A DNA stretch of 57,909 nt, counting the filler, from Basidioascus undulatus (lineage: Eukaryota), in NCBI GenBank assembly GCA_000826855.1. It is 3 parts of 3 records of this genome, joined end to end, with 100 filler letters (N's around TTAATTAATTAA, not from the genome) between each part and the next. Parts side by side here need not be neighbours in the genome. Positions count along the whole stretch, not along the records: positions 1 to 19,259 come from JTLS01000427.1; 2 more parts are not named here. One strand, given 5' to 3'. This document shows positions 1-12,872 of the stretch, piece by piece. The notes beneath the pieces are model-generated. The model saw nothing but the letters and a program-made list of their open reading frames with translations. It had not been told where the DNA came from and searched no databases. Position 1 is the stretch's first letter. Every line of letters begins with the position of its first letter. Position numbers and translations under genes: made by a program.

Positions 1-923
1 ACCTCGTTCTCCTCCTGCAGTCGCGGCGGCTCGCCGTACCCGAGGAGCGCGCGAAGAAGCTTGCAGGGCGAGGTACGTCCGGCTCCCCGGGCCGCTGGCG
101 GGCGGACGGCAGGCCCTGACCTGCCTTGGTCGGTTTGGCTGGTGGGCTTGAGTAGTCGGAGCGGTGGGGAGGAAGACGCGAAGCAGGAAGAGCTCGATAG
201 CCAATTGGTTCAAGTTGGACGAGACGCAGACGTTTCCGCTGCGGCCGCTAAATCAGAGAGGCGCGGAAGGTGAGGCACTCGTTTATCTGGGAAGGGATCC
301 CTTGGAGCTGATCGGAGAAATTTGTATTGGGGATAAGCCCTGAAGATCGACATGGCTGGCTGTCGCGATGTCGGCAGGGGCGCGTGGAGAGGCGGAGGTC
401 GACGCAGTAGGGGTGGGGACGCTGCGGCAGCGATGCGGGTGCTGTACGCCTTCCGGTACGCCTTCCCATTTTATTATCAGCAGAAACTCCAGTTGGCTAA
501 ATGTACATAAAAGTTGGTATGCGAGACCTCCCGCCCATGCCATCCTCCTGCAGCCTCGCTCGTGCACCACCTTTCGTCCTGCAAGCAATCCACAGCCGGC
601 AGTGTCGTTTTCGTCTTTGACTTTGTTCTGATACCTTATGCTTTATTGATTTATCTAGAGAACTACGGACAGTTCTAGTAACAATCCCACAATCCTTACA
701 CTTTCCCATTCCTACTTATTATGGCGGAAACGCAGCTTCGAGAGTCCCCAATGTCAACCGTCTTGAAACGTGCCACTTGGTCGCTTTGAACCTCCTGCCC
801 GCTGCCGGGCGCTCCCTGCATATTTTCACAGCCAGCACTCAACTCACACTCACGCTCGACCGTGCTTAAAAACGCATCAACATCAAGGCCAGCGTTAATT
901 TATGTCCAAAGTAAATCTATAAC

Positions 924-1840
924 TCAAAGTGCTTGCAGAGCCTGGTCGAGGGTAATGACCTGTGCCGACAGCTTCGCGACGATGCCGTTCTCGCCGACGA
1001 TGGCAGGCTGGACCTCCTCGTCCTGGCCCGCCTCGCTCTCGGCGCCGGGGCGGGGTCTCGAAAACCGTGTCGGATATGAGGAAGACCTTGAAGTTGTTGT
1101 CGAATAGCTTGTAGATTGTAGAGAGGATGACACCGCTGCAGGAAGGAAACTCATCAGCCCACTGGCCCGGAATGCTGCGTTTAAAAGAGAAGTATGAGAC
1201 GCACGAGGTACGGATACCGCTAAGCACGACAGTGTCGATGTTGGCGTTACCAACAAGAGGTCGTTGGCGTAAGAGGCGTGTCCCAGGCATCGCACTCAGT
1301 ACGAAATGGCCAACTGCAAAGCAACCCGGGCATTCCATCTCTACACTCACCGTCTTCACACGAATTCGTCGTCCCTCACACCATCCTCCTCAACCAGCTG
1401 CGTCCCGTCGCTCTGAAAGCTTGCATTGAGGCCGGCAATAGCGCCCTGGAACGGCGCGTCGGCGGCGAGCCCAGGCCACGGGGGGTGGTGCCGCGGAACC
1501 CGATCTGGGAGTAGACGATGAGCGGGGACGCGAAGGCGGACTCGGTCGCGGGTGTCTGGCGTCGTGCACCGCCGAGGACCAGTTGGAGATGGCGGAGAGC
1601 CAGGCGTCGCCGGCGGAGGTGTTGCGCGTCGAGGAGACGAGGCCTTCGATCAGATCTGTGGGGACCGTGGGACGCTGGGTCAGGTAACAGAACAACATGC
1701 TATAAATGAGGAAGGAACTTGCCTAGGAAAAGTACGGCAGTGCCATTTCCGAAAGAGAGGTCGTACGTGGCGCTGTTCTGCTGTGCGAGCGTGGGCACAG
1801 CGAGAAGCGACGAAAGAGCGAGGATGCGGCAGAGGAACAT
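924..1840 (-). pseudogene. Isochorismatase-like (cysteine hydrolase family) protein with signal peptide; several frameshifts
   Basis: Pieces read MFLCRILALSSLLAVPTLA (signal), TAVLFL|DLIEG, PLIVYSQIGFR, NIDTVVLSGIRTS|GVILST..FKVFLISD, AQVITLDQALQAL. Joining them needs small indels near 1555, 1482, 1357, 1250 and 1050. First intron has a GC donor. Confidence 0.7.
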
Positions 1841-2240
1841 CTTGACGACGGTGCTTGTGGAATCGCGGATGGTCGTTCGCTTGAGAGAAGTATAGCAGAA
1901 AGTGTGAGAAGGCTGGCGACCATGCTCGTCTATATGGAGTCGAGGAAGGCCCTCCACCACTTCGCCAACAGTCAGAAAGATCGAGGATGATACGTCAGAC
2001 TTAGCATAGCATGTTTCAGGCGCTTCACCGATCTCTCCGTTCATTTCGATGAGTATCGTAGCACGACACCAAACGACCGGAAGAGCGATCGTGCACACCA
2101 GAGGCTCGAGCTGGCAAAGGCGACCTGAGCGGAGTGCTGAATGTCGTGCCAGCTTCGCAAGGCACTCGCTCCTAGCCAAGCAGCGTCCATCACGCAAGCT
2201 GCGTAGGGAACATGCTCATCATATCGTTCTCGCGCGTTCC

Positions 2241-3988
2241 TCAATCGAACGGCACCCTCCTGATGGCGCCCGTAACGGGGAAGCCCTTGAGCTTCCCGCC
2301 TCCCTCCTTCTCCGCCTGCGCCTGGCCGAACGCGCTGGGGACGGGGATGCCGCAGCAGTCGCCCCAGCCAAACTTATCGCGGTCGACCTTGCCCGCCTCC
2401 TGCAGGCTGTGCGCGTGGCCCCAGTGCGCGTCGTGCCCGTCGTGCTCGAGCTCGTGCTCGTCCGGCGGCGGGATCGAGTCCGGGCACTGGAGCAGCGAGC
2501 CGAAGAGGAAGTGCTGGATGATGGGCAGCTTCGCGAGCACTTCGGCACGGTACATCTTGATCATGCCCTCATTGACTTTCGCCCAGGTCTTGACCTGCAA
2601 GCGAGCAAAAGTTTAATCAGAAAGAATGCTCGGGAAGCAGCCAGAGCTGTGGAAGACGTACGGAGGAGATGTCGTCCAGCATTGGGGAGTGCCACCGCAG
2701 CGACGCAGTCTTGATCTGCGAAGCCGGAAACACATAAGCACACGGGCGGGTGTGGTGCACTGAAAACGATCACGCTCACCGAGTTGATGAAGCGAATGCA
2801 AGCCAGGTACATGTAGTCCTTCTCCATCTCCTCGACAAGCTCGGCATCATGGATGCTTTTCGGCTTCAAGTACTTGTGATCTGCAATCCGCCATCTCTCA
2901 TTGTCAGCCGCAGGTCAAGCCCGCGACATGAGCTGGAGTGGAAACGCACCACGTAGTTGACCAGCGCCCCAGAGGAACGGCAGGAAGTGGTAGTCGTCCA
3001 GACCCCACACGCCGTGCGAGCCGGCCGGCTCGAGCCAGTACGTCGACTGCAGTCGACGCATGATCGAGACGTACCTGATATATGTGTATGAAGTTCAGCA
3101 GGCCAAAATGGCGTGACTGGGCTGAACGGAAGGACAGACCGCCAGAAGACGCGGATGACGAGGGCGCGGTAGTCGGAAGGGGTGACAACGGACAGCTTTT
3201 CGAGGCAAATCCTGTGGAAAGGAAATATCAGCCCAACATCAATGAGCGAGCGTCGTTGAGTGCACCGTCCGCCAAGTCCCAGTCCACCCCTCGAAGCCTC
3301 TCCCTCCTCACACTCGGATGGACCTGGGCACTCACAGCCAACACAGGAGACCTGGGCACTCACAGCCAACACAAGAAATTGAGCTCCATCCCGCTGCCAT
3401 AGTCGATGCGCTGCTTGTTGCCCCAGCATTCCAAGAAGTAGCCGGAGACCTCCACGATCGCCTCCTTCGGCAGCCCAGGGATCTTCTCGTGAAGCGCCGG
3501 CGCCTCCTGCTCGTCCGCCCGCCATCAGCCCGAACTTCAACCATGAGTTGCGAGAATGAAACAACGCACAGCCACCACGCGGTCCATGAACGTCCGGAAC
3601 GCTGGGTTTCCGAAACGCGACTTCTCGTTGTTCGCCGGCGGCGTGTCCTTCGCGATGTCGTCCACCCGGTCGAGCACCTCCAAGAGCGCGTGTACGCCCT
3701 GTCCGCCGCCATCTATGAGCGCCTGCTGCGCCACGAGACCAGCGATTGGAACCGAAAGCGCACCGGAGGGATCTCCACCTCGTCCGTCAGCTTGACCCCG
3801 ACGACCGCCTCATTCATGGCGGTGATGTGGTCGAGGATGGTCGCGTGCGTCGGCGACTGCTGGAAAGCGGCGACATGCTCGGAGAGGAGGATGCGCTTGC
3901 GCGGCTTGACGAATCCGGCCTCGGGTGCAGTGCCGTTCCCGTTCGAAGCAGGGTGGTTGTGAGAGTGTTCAGAGTGTGATTCAGTCAT
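2241..3988 (-). CDS. RRD2: Serine/threonine protein phosphatase 2A activator (PTPA, Rrd2/Ypa2-type), multi-exon
   Basis: Motifs [83 protein letters not shown] across GT-AG exons. Confidence 0.93.
3321..3373. repeat. 28-bp-period tandem duplication spanning an exon/intron donor of RRD2
   Basis: GACCTGGGCACTCACAGCCAACACA occurs at 3321 and at 3349. Confidence 0.9.
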
Positions 3989-4420
3989 GCTCGGCAGTGG
4001 AAGAGATGCGAGAAGCTGCGAGTGCTGTGAGGGCAGTCGTCAGGAAGTCGATGCAACTGCGACGGTGCAAGTCCCGGCGGTGGAGGCCACCCTCAGCGGT
4101 TCCCACGCCGACTCCGCGATGCCTTGCGCTTTCAATGAGCAGTGACTATCGAACAATCTCTGGCGCACTGGCTGGAAGCGAAAAGAAAGCTGCACTGAAG
4201 ATGCAAAGGATTATAAAATATTCTCTGGCACAGAAACGGGCAAGATAGACTAGCTGTGAGGCATGCGCGTATACCGGTAATTGAACGCGCGGGCGACGCG
4301 ATCCGCATTCGCGCGCGCCCGGAACGACCGCTTTCGACCATCGTTGGCTTCCTGCATACCATCGCACGCCCACCCGCCACCGCTTCATCTCGCACCTCGC
4401 CCTCGCTACCGACAGTCAAG

Positions 4421-5498
4421 ATGGCCAAGAGCGGAACAGCGATGAAGCGTCTCGCCAAGGAGGTGCGCCACGGACTTCTTTCAATCCCCTCCGAAGCTCG
4501 AGCTGGAGCTCATCCGTGGTGGACTCCGCACTCCGCGAACAGATGCGCGACATCCGCTCAGAGCCGCTGGCGGGGATCTCACTCACGCCGATCTTGGAGG
4601 ACTCGCCGTTTGAATGGAAGGCGACGCTGGACGGGCCGGAGGGGTCGCCGTGTACGTTGCGGCTCAGAAGACCGGGAGGGGGACGACGCTCATGCTGGAC
4701 GAGGGCGGCGGGACAGACGAGGGTGGACGCTTCGCGGTGTCGGTGCAGTGCGCCCAGGACTACCCGTTCACTGCGCCGAAGTTGACATTCAAGACCAAGG
4801 TGCGTTTTCCATGCTGCTGGCTGTGGAAGGGTGAAGGGAGGCATGGGAGCTGAACGTCGGTGTCGGGCTGCAGATCTACCACTGCAACATCGCTTCCACC
4901 GTCCGTACCAGCGCACAACTTTGACAGCAACTCCGCTGATTAGGGTATTGGAGCAGGGTGCGATCTGCTTGGATGTTCTCAAGAACAAGTACGTCGTAAA
5001 GCTGGCCGGGCAGGCAAGCAGGTACTGACTGGCACGACTGCACACCCCCAGCTGGTCCCCCGCGCTCAGCCTCCAAAAAGTCATGCTCTCTCTATCCTCG
5101 CTCCTCACCGACCCCAATCCTAGTGCGTCGGCTTTGATGCTCGAATGTACTGTCTTAAACTTACCTCGCCAGCCATCTCCCGTCGCAGACGACCCGCTCG
5201 TCGGGTCGATTGCGCAAGAGTACTTGAAGGACCGGAGGAAGCACGATGCAGTGAGTGCCCGCGATATCCCTCACATCCGCTATGTCTTTTGAGAGCTGAA
5301 CGCCCTGGCGCCGGTAAGACTGCACGGGAATGGACCGCCCGCTTCGCGACCCCGATCCCCAAGAAGGCCGCCACGTCTTCCTCCTCCGCCACGGCCGAGT
5401 CTTCACGAAAAGGGAAGGACAAGGCCGCACCGGCGCCGCCCCCGCCGAAGCCTGCGCGCCCCCAAAGCAAGAAGGAGGTTATCGTGATCGATGACTGA
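4421..5498 (+). CDS. Ubiquitin-conjugating enzyme E2 (Ubc4/5-like core) with C-terminal extension
   Basis: [49 protein letters not shown] (catalytic Cys), [22 protein letters not shown]; tail ends KKEVIVIDD*. Confidence 0.92.
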
Positions 5499-6287
5499 GC
5501 GGTTGCTGCGATCCCCGTCCCTGTCGTCCGTACCTGCCTTCGTCCTGTCTTCCTATCCCATCACAGCCCCCCGCATCTTCCGCTCTACTTTCACCATCTC
5601 GCGCACCAGTACCTCTTGCCTTACCCTTACTCTTACTTCGCTTTTCCTGCTCGCCTCGCAACTCTGCATGTCCCACGCATTTCGTTTTGGCATTGTCTGG
5701 TCGCGCTGGCTGCGTAGCGACATGTTGCGTGACAGTCTTTCAAGACGGAACGATATTTAGATCTTTCATACTTAAGTTATAAGAAACCATGGAACATGCA
5801 GGCGGCAACCCAGCGGAAATGATGCCGGGTTGGGCCTCCCCGATGGCCTGCATCGTCCATCCGGTCCATGCTGCTGTCCCTGACACCTGTGCTTTTCTCT
5901 ACACCTCTTTGGAACCGCACGCCAACAGAAGAACTTGACAAAGCACAACACACGCGCACACCAACTGCATGAAGCTGTCGCCGACCGTTTCATCTGCACA
6001 ACCGGCACGGAGAAGTGGCACATCTTCCGCTGAGGCTCAAGGCCCTTGCTCGCTGCTAAGCTGCCAGCCCATACCTATAACAGTAGTGAGAAAATAAATG
6101 GTACGCTCTTGACCCATGTTTGTAGGACGGGAGGCTTTTCATGTTTGTCCAAGCAAGACGACCTTTCTCGAATGACGTCGACACGTGAGCGTTCACCGCG
6201 TCTTCGCCGTCCGCGAGCTCGTCACTGTGCACCCTTCGCTCTGTATGACCATCAGCATATACTGTGCCCTCTCCAGCACCGTCTACC

Positions 6288-8130
6288 ATGCCGCTGAATG
6301 TATGTCCTGAAGTAATACTATTTTTTGCAACCGTAGCTAACTGCCTGCCCTTCAGTACGACAAATGGGCCAACCTCGAGGTCCGTGTCTTCTCGTGTGAA
6401 CAGAACCCGAGGGAGGACCGGCCACTGACCCGAGCGAGCTGGACGGCAGCTCTCAGACGACTCTGATGTCGAGGTTCATCCGAACATTGACAAGCGCAGC
6501 TTCATTCGGTGGGTCTTGCGTACGCGAGCGAGGGGCCGAGCGAGTCTCTAGCTGCTGACACCCTCTCCGGGATCAGCTGGAAGCAGCGCGACATCCACGA
6601 GAAGCGCGAGAAGCGGAAAGCCGACATCGAGCGTCTCCGCCAGGAGATTGCGCTCAACAAGGTCCTCATGCCGCGCATACAAGACCTCATCTCGGCCATC
6701 TCGACCTCGGGTTCCGAGGCGTTCTCGTCGCTCGTCGCCCGGCTGCAGAGCAGCCCGAGCCCGGACAAGCCGCCGACGGGCGCGCCGAACCAGCCGACGT
6801 ACGACGAGATGATGAGCAACCTATGCTTGCAGGTGTGGGAGCAGGTCCGCAAGGACCAGCCGAGCAAGGAGGTCCTTGGCGGGCGCCTCGTCGAGGAGCT
6901 CCGCAAGCACCTCCAGGCGCTCGAGGACCGGCAGACGGAGGCGGGGAAGGAGCTGGTGGCGCTGGAGGAGGAGCAGAAGAAACACATCACGAGTGATGAC
7001 GTGAGGGAGGGGTTCAGCTCCGGTGTGAGTGTTTGCCCAGCTTCGGTTTGATGCGTGTGTGCTTCGGAGGGCTGACCGGGAGGTTGGACTTGATGCGGTA
7101 GTACGTCAACAAAGCGGACTCAACGCCGGCACCTGCCCAGCCCAAGAAGGAGGAGAAGAAGGAGACCGCGATCGAGGTCCTGAACCCGGGTGCATCCACC
7201 TCGTCTACGCCCGCGCGAGCGGTACGCCGCTCTGTCACTCTGGCGGCCTGACGGGTCTCTCACAATCTATTGCTCTTCGCAGGCGCCCGAGTCTGACGAG
7301 GAGGAGCTTCCGGAGCTCACGCCGTCCATGTCCGCATTCGCGCGCATCCCGTTGCGCGACTACAGGGCTTCGGTGGAGGCGATCGGCAAGGACAAGTTGC
7401 TGCTGTCCGAAACGACGACGGACGCGCTGCTTGTCGAAGCGTTCAACGCGGGCATGCGCGGCGATAAGGAGTACGCCAAGCAGTGCGTGCACCAGGGCCT
7501 GCTGGTGCAGTACTGCAACAAGCTCGGCAAGGACGGTGTCTCGGTCTTCTTCAAGCGGTGCGCTTAGCATTCCTCATTCAGACGCATATTTAGGCGGTTG
7601 CTGATGGATGGGCGGATGGGCTGGGTGAGCGCAGGATGACGGGCGGTGGCGGCGCGGAGGAGGTCTTCCTGAGGGACGTGAACGACACCTGGAGCCGCGT
7701 GATGGAGCGGTCGCAGGCGCTGGCGCAGCAGTCGTCCGGCCCGCAAGGTAACGAGCAGATCCAGCTCGTCGCCGAGAACCCGTCGACGCAGATCTCGTTC
7801 GACGTGCCCGAGGGCCCACCGCCCGAGGAGATCAAGCTCGAGGGCGAGGCGCTCGAGAAGCTCGACCCCGCGCAGGTCCGCAACTGGCTCAAGCGCCGCT
7901 GGGACATCTTCCAGTCGTTCCCGAAGAACCTGCAGAAGGCGCTCGAGTCGAACAGTCTGGAGGAGGTCAACCGCGTGCTAGGGCGGATGAGCGTCGAGGA
8001 GGCGGAGGAGGTCGTCAAGCAACTCGACGAGGCGGGGATCCTCAATTTCCGGGATACCGACATCGTGGATGAGACCGGGAAGGGCAAGGGCGAGGATGGT
8101 GGGCAGGCGGAGGCAGGAGCGGCGGCTTGA
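6288..8130 (+). CDS. CDC37: Hsp90 kinase co-chaperone Cdc37
   Basis: Spliced N-terminus MPLN|YDKWANLE|LSDDSDVEVHPNIDKRSFIR|WKQRDIHEKR; later CVHQGLLVQYC and FQSFPKNLQKALES. Confidence 0.95.
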
Positions 8131-8744
8131 CTGGGTTGACGCGCATGACATGAGTTGCTGCCCATCGCTTAGAGTGGGTATCTGCCGGCCGTGTGCAGAT
8201 CGAAGTTTGCTTTAGTTCGTGTGTGAATATTTCGACGCACGCCATGGACGGGCTGGGACAGCGGCAGGGCAGACGGTATATCCGTCTGCTGAATGGATCA
8301 CGAGCTAATAGACGGTCAACACCGAGAGCACCAAATGCTTCGCCCGATGCTTCTGCAGGATGGTGTTTAATGGCATGCATTTTCGTCTTGATGGAGTGAA
8401 GGGGGACAGGTCGCGTCAGTTTAAGTCGTGCGTCTGCGAAACCCCTCAAGTCGGACGGATGCGACGCGATGGAGGCAGCGGCCAAGTCCTCCATAATTTC
8501 AATTCTATTTTGGCAAAGCGAATATCAAGCACTTAGTTCAGTATAAACAAATTCATTTCCTACGGTCAGAAGCGTAAGTATTGAGCCATCAGAAGCACGC
8601 GACAACGTGCACTGCGCGAGTGTTGGTTCCGAACAAGACAGTCAGGGTCACTCTGATCTTTTCCTCCCACCCCATTCCTCTTCAGCAATCTGTTCTTCAG
8701 CTCCACCTGCCATCACAGCCCACTCCAACCACCTTCCTTACAGC

Positions 8745-9253
8745 ATGTCAACCAGCAGTCGCGTCTCGACGGCGTCCAGCCGGTCTGTGTCACACCCAGG
8801 CACGGTCGTCCACGTCAAGGCTGTCGACAGTGCTCGAAACTCCGGAGAAGGACCGTAGTTTACGCCGAGGGACCTGAAGGCGCCGCCGGAGCGGGTTCTG
8901 GCGAGGCGGGTGGGGCGAATCCAGGGCTGGATCGAGCAGGTCAAGCTGGTAGCGCAGGTGAGTCAGAGCTTGCAGGTAGGACGGTCCGTGCGTTCTTCTG
9001 AGGCACTATGGTTATCATGCATGATGGAGTTCTACAGAAGCTACCCCCTCCCCCGCTCGACCTGAATGCTCAGCCGCCACCTCCGCAAGCCATCGAGACC
9101 GACCCGCTGCAATGCCCGAGGACTCCCAGCCCGTCCTTACACCTTTACGAGGTGGACTTCTTTGAAGAATTTTGTACTCATCTTCCAAACCCCTTTCCCT
9201 CGCCGAGCACCGCTCCGCCGCGCGACCCGCTCGCACACCACTCCGCCCGCTGA
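8745..9253 (+). pseudogene. Possible decayed low-complexity hypothetical gene
   Basis: ATG at 8745, coding-like frame continues through an in-frame TAG (8856-8858) to a GTGAGT donor at about 8958, followed by a Pro-rich exon. No family recognised. Confidence 0.3.
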
Positions 9254-11075
9254 TCAACCGCAGAGGGAGTTACTCGAAGAGACCACCCAAAAACCCGGAT
9301 TCTGGTGCATGGAAGTTCTTGAGGACGCCCACTTAGCGGAACCCGTGGGGAGAGGCGGTCACGCCGGATGGGAGGGCCTGATGGCGGTATCATGCAATTG
9401 AACTATGCAGCCTGAACTGTGGAGTGGTACTTGGCGACTTTGAAATTTCCATTCAGAAAGACTGGGTATTGCCTGTTTAAAAAGTGCACCGCCTCGGATG
9501 TCTTCAGAGTGAACGACTCTTTTCTGTGGGCCGGGCTCGTGCGCTCATGAGCACCGTTCGATCCACTACACTCTGTTCAGTTAGAGTGTCCAACATTCGT
9601 CTGCTAGAAAACTGCTCTCTATGACTGATGTTCACACTCTGAGTACCGGCTTCCTACAATTGTGGAGCGGTAGAGGCAATGTTCTGCCAGAGCGTATAGC
9701 ATCGTACGCCCCGGTGCTTCCTCGCGCCTTTGCTGCAGTCAACTTGATCAGTCGAGGTGCCCATTTCCGTTAATGAGTCCTAACTTACACAGTTTACCAA
9801 AGCATGTCTTGTTCAATGAATCAGTGCGCTTCCGGAAGCCTAGGAAGCTCTTGCACAACAGGCTCAGGCTCATGGTCTTTCGAACGAGTGTCACACTCTT
9901 TTATCCAGACCACATAGAGCGGTCCGACTGTGGAACACGAAAAGCTGTGCACTATATGCCCACTGTTTCTCTACAGGAGCCACCGTTGATAGAAGTCCTT
10001 ACGAAACGCTCCTAGGCAACGTCGACTTGGATCCTGACTCGACCTTCCCTCACTAAATGCGCTGCATTCTTACTTCCTTCCCGAGTCTCACAAAATCACT
10101 CCACACAAACCGAAATGAAAGAAGTCGCAGTCTCTAGCCTAAGCCCGGATGAGCAATCACGAACTGCGGATACGCAAGCGGACCTGCAGTCAAGACTTCA
10201 CTCGCTGACAGACGGCTCGACTGTACGAGCTGTTCGTCCCAGCCCTCCCATTGCTGCTCCTTTCCATTGCAGAAAATACCCTCCTGACCCATATGAGACC
10301 ACCAGACTATCAGCCTCCGAGCTCCCCCGCACTGTCCGAGCGAAAGCGCGATGTGGCTGTCCACGCCAGGAAGCCTGCATGCTCGCGTCATGGGATATCG
10401 TATCCCTGCCTTCTAACGTATGCAATTGCGTGCAGATTACTGCAGCTCTTTGCAGCTCAAAATTATCTCATTGACTGTGAGCTTCAGGCTTCAGCTCGCT
10501 TAAGCGCGGCTAGCTGTCCGGCCCAGAGCCTTATCAGCACGACCAGCGAGACGTCAGAACTCCTCCACAGCGCCGTTGACATGAACGAACAAACCACTAC
10601 GTCGGTCAGCTCCTTATCTTTTCAGTTTCCTGACCAATCTGAACGCAACATGACCAGTGTATTTCGCCGTCCTCGCCTGAAGCAACATGCATGTCGGCAT
10701 GCGCAACTTCCGTCTTGGGCTGCGATAAGGAAGCGCGTGGGGGAGATTAGCGCAATTGACGAGGCTTCGTTGCGCACTCCAAATGTTACGTTTCGCGGTG
10801 TTCTTCATAACTTTGTCCCTCCATACTGCACGCAGATACCAGCGATCAGTTTGTTACTCGACGCCCGGCAGCTGTCGCGACATACCTTCCGGAACTCAAC
10901 CCGAGTCGCTTGCTCGAGCATCCATCCACCAGCGCACAGCCATTTTACCCGTCCGGCCCGTATCTTCTACGGCACCTTCCAGCCGCGTTGTTCCATTGCC
11001 TATCGCTTAGTTTCAATAGCCTTCCGCACAAGCACGCGTGCACGCCTAGTCCCGCCCGCCGAGACGCTCGTTTCA

Positions 11076-12271
11076 ATGGCAGCACTGTCGCCCCTTTTAC
11101 CTCATCCTCACATGGCTTCCTCCTCCTCGGCTATCGAGCACAATGGTAACGTTGCCGACCCTCTACACCAGACGCAGCACAATCACAACCCTTATCAGCT
11201 CGACACGCTCCTTCTCCCCTCTGTCGCCCACCCCGACCCTTTCACCTCCTTCGACAGCCACGACCTGTCCTTCTGTGCGACTCCTACAGGCGACATGAAG
11301 CTCCGCCCAAGTGGGCCACCCCTTCTCCCCGACCCGGTCGACACCACGCCGAAGGACTCGGAGCGCACCGTAGCAGCGCTCCTCGCCGAGCGCACTACAC
11401 TCCTCGCTTCCTTGCACGAGGCGGACCAGGCTCGACGCGCAGCCGAGCAACGCTTGCGCCTCATGGAGACCTCCACCCCGCCCGCTCGGAAGCCTCATCC
11501 TCCTTCACAAGCCCCATCGGGCCTCGCGATGCTGGGACTCGCCGCCGAGGCCGAGGGTCAACAGCAGCGCGGCTGGACGCCGCTGCCTAGTCTGTCGTTC
11601 CTCCTCCCCCCTACGCCGCCGTTCGAACCCAAAGAGGAGCTCGAACCCGTAAATCTCCAACGCCCGCCCAAGGGCCTCAGGCCAATTGCCCCTCGTCCAG
11701 TCGGTGCCAGCCGAGCATCGACGATGCCGAACTTGAAACTGAAACCGCCACTAACGCGGCTGCGATCACTCAACAATCAAGGTGCGTCTGTCCTTCGGTG
11801 CTGAATCTCGGGCCGGAGTTTACGTTTTGACTGGGATGTGGTGGATTCAGCCTTCGACGACACTTTCACCAGTCCCTCGCTCAGCACTTTCTTGAGTTCG
11901 TCGTCCTCTACGCCTTCGACCGCCTCGACCCCCTCCCCGGACGCGTCGCCCGACAACCTCGCCGCGCACCTCCCACCACTTGCCAGGCAGCCGAAGCAAT
12001 GCACGCGCTGCGGACGCAAGAACACGACCATGTGGCGTACAGCCGATGGCAAGCGCGTCTGCAAGTGAGTCGCAGGCTTCCCACGTTCCGCTGAAGTTGG
12101 CCATCCTAATGTGGAGTGTGCGGTGACAGCGCGTGTGGGTCATACTGGCGCTTGCATGGGACAGACCGTCCAGCCCATCTCTGGGGGAACGTTTACGAGG
12201 AACCTCGGGGTCGGAGGCGGCGCAGAAGGAAGACCGATACCGATGTGTCCAGTGCGGCGAACGCGCAGTGA
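11076..12271 (+). CDS. GATA-type zinc-finger transcription factor (start codon uncertain: 11076 or 11112)
   Basis: Spliced finger CTRCGRKNTTMWRTADGKRVCN|ACGSYWRLHGTDRP followed by basic RGRRRRRRK; Pro/Ser-rich N-terminus. Confidence 0.85.
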
Positions 12272-12872
12272 TTTCGCCACGTTCGTTGTTTCGGGCTGTT
12301 TTTCCGTTCGATGTATGTTCGATGTATGTACTTTGGACACCTTCTGGATTGCTTCTTTTCCCATGAACAGGCGACCTTCTCTTTATTAAGGTTTTCCGAG
12401 AAGAACGCGTGGCCGGGGTGGAGCATGCAAGAGCATGCTCACGGACCGGCGTAACTAATGATGCTTGCCTGGGCTCCCGAGTGGGTTTCGCAGGCAGTAA
12501 GATCAGATTTTACATATTTCATATGCAATATATATGTTGTTGAGATGAAAGGGCCACGAAGGTCTTGAATCTGTGCGTTGCGGCCAAGGCGCATTGAACC
12601 GACAAGACGGGAACGACCTTCAGCCACTGCACTACAGCTGGCGGCATTCAGTCAGGCAGAATATCTTTTACCCACCCCTACCAGAGGAAACATATCAATG
12701 TGAGCCCTCGCGCTCACTTGCTTGAACGTTGTGGGCTACCAGCGCTGCTGTTGTCTGCCGCACTTTGGGCCCATCGAGGGGAAGTTGAGAGTAGATGTCT
12801 CACCGTTCCTGTCTACCTACTGTATATACACTTTTGACTGTATACTGAATGTGTATTTTATGACAGAAGGAG

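Noticed and set aside
1..620. Possible 5' end of a minus-strand gene at the window edge
   Set aside because: No recognisable motif and no consistent start; too little sequence to call.
2049..8165. Many long ORFs antisense to RRD2, the E2 and CDC37 (likewise at the SDR, PRP31 and DEAD-box loci)
   Set aside because: Shadow frames caused by high GC3 codon bias.
10251..11075. 5' half of the 517-aa ORF
   Set aside because: Begins at a non-ATG codon and reads like promoter/UTR sequence. Only the part from about 11076 looks like the GATA gene.
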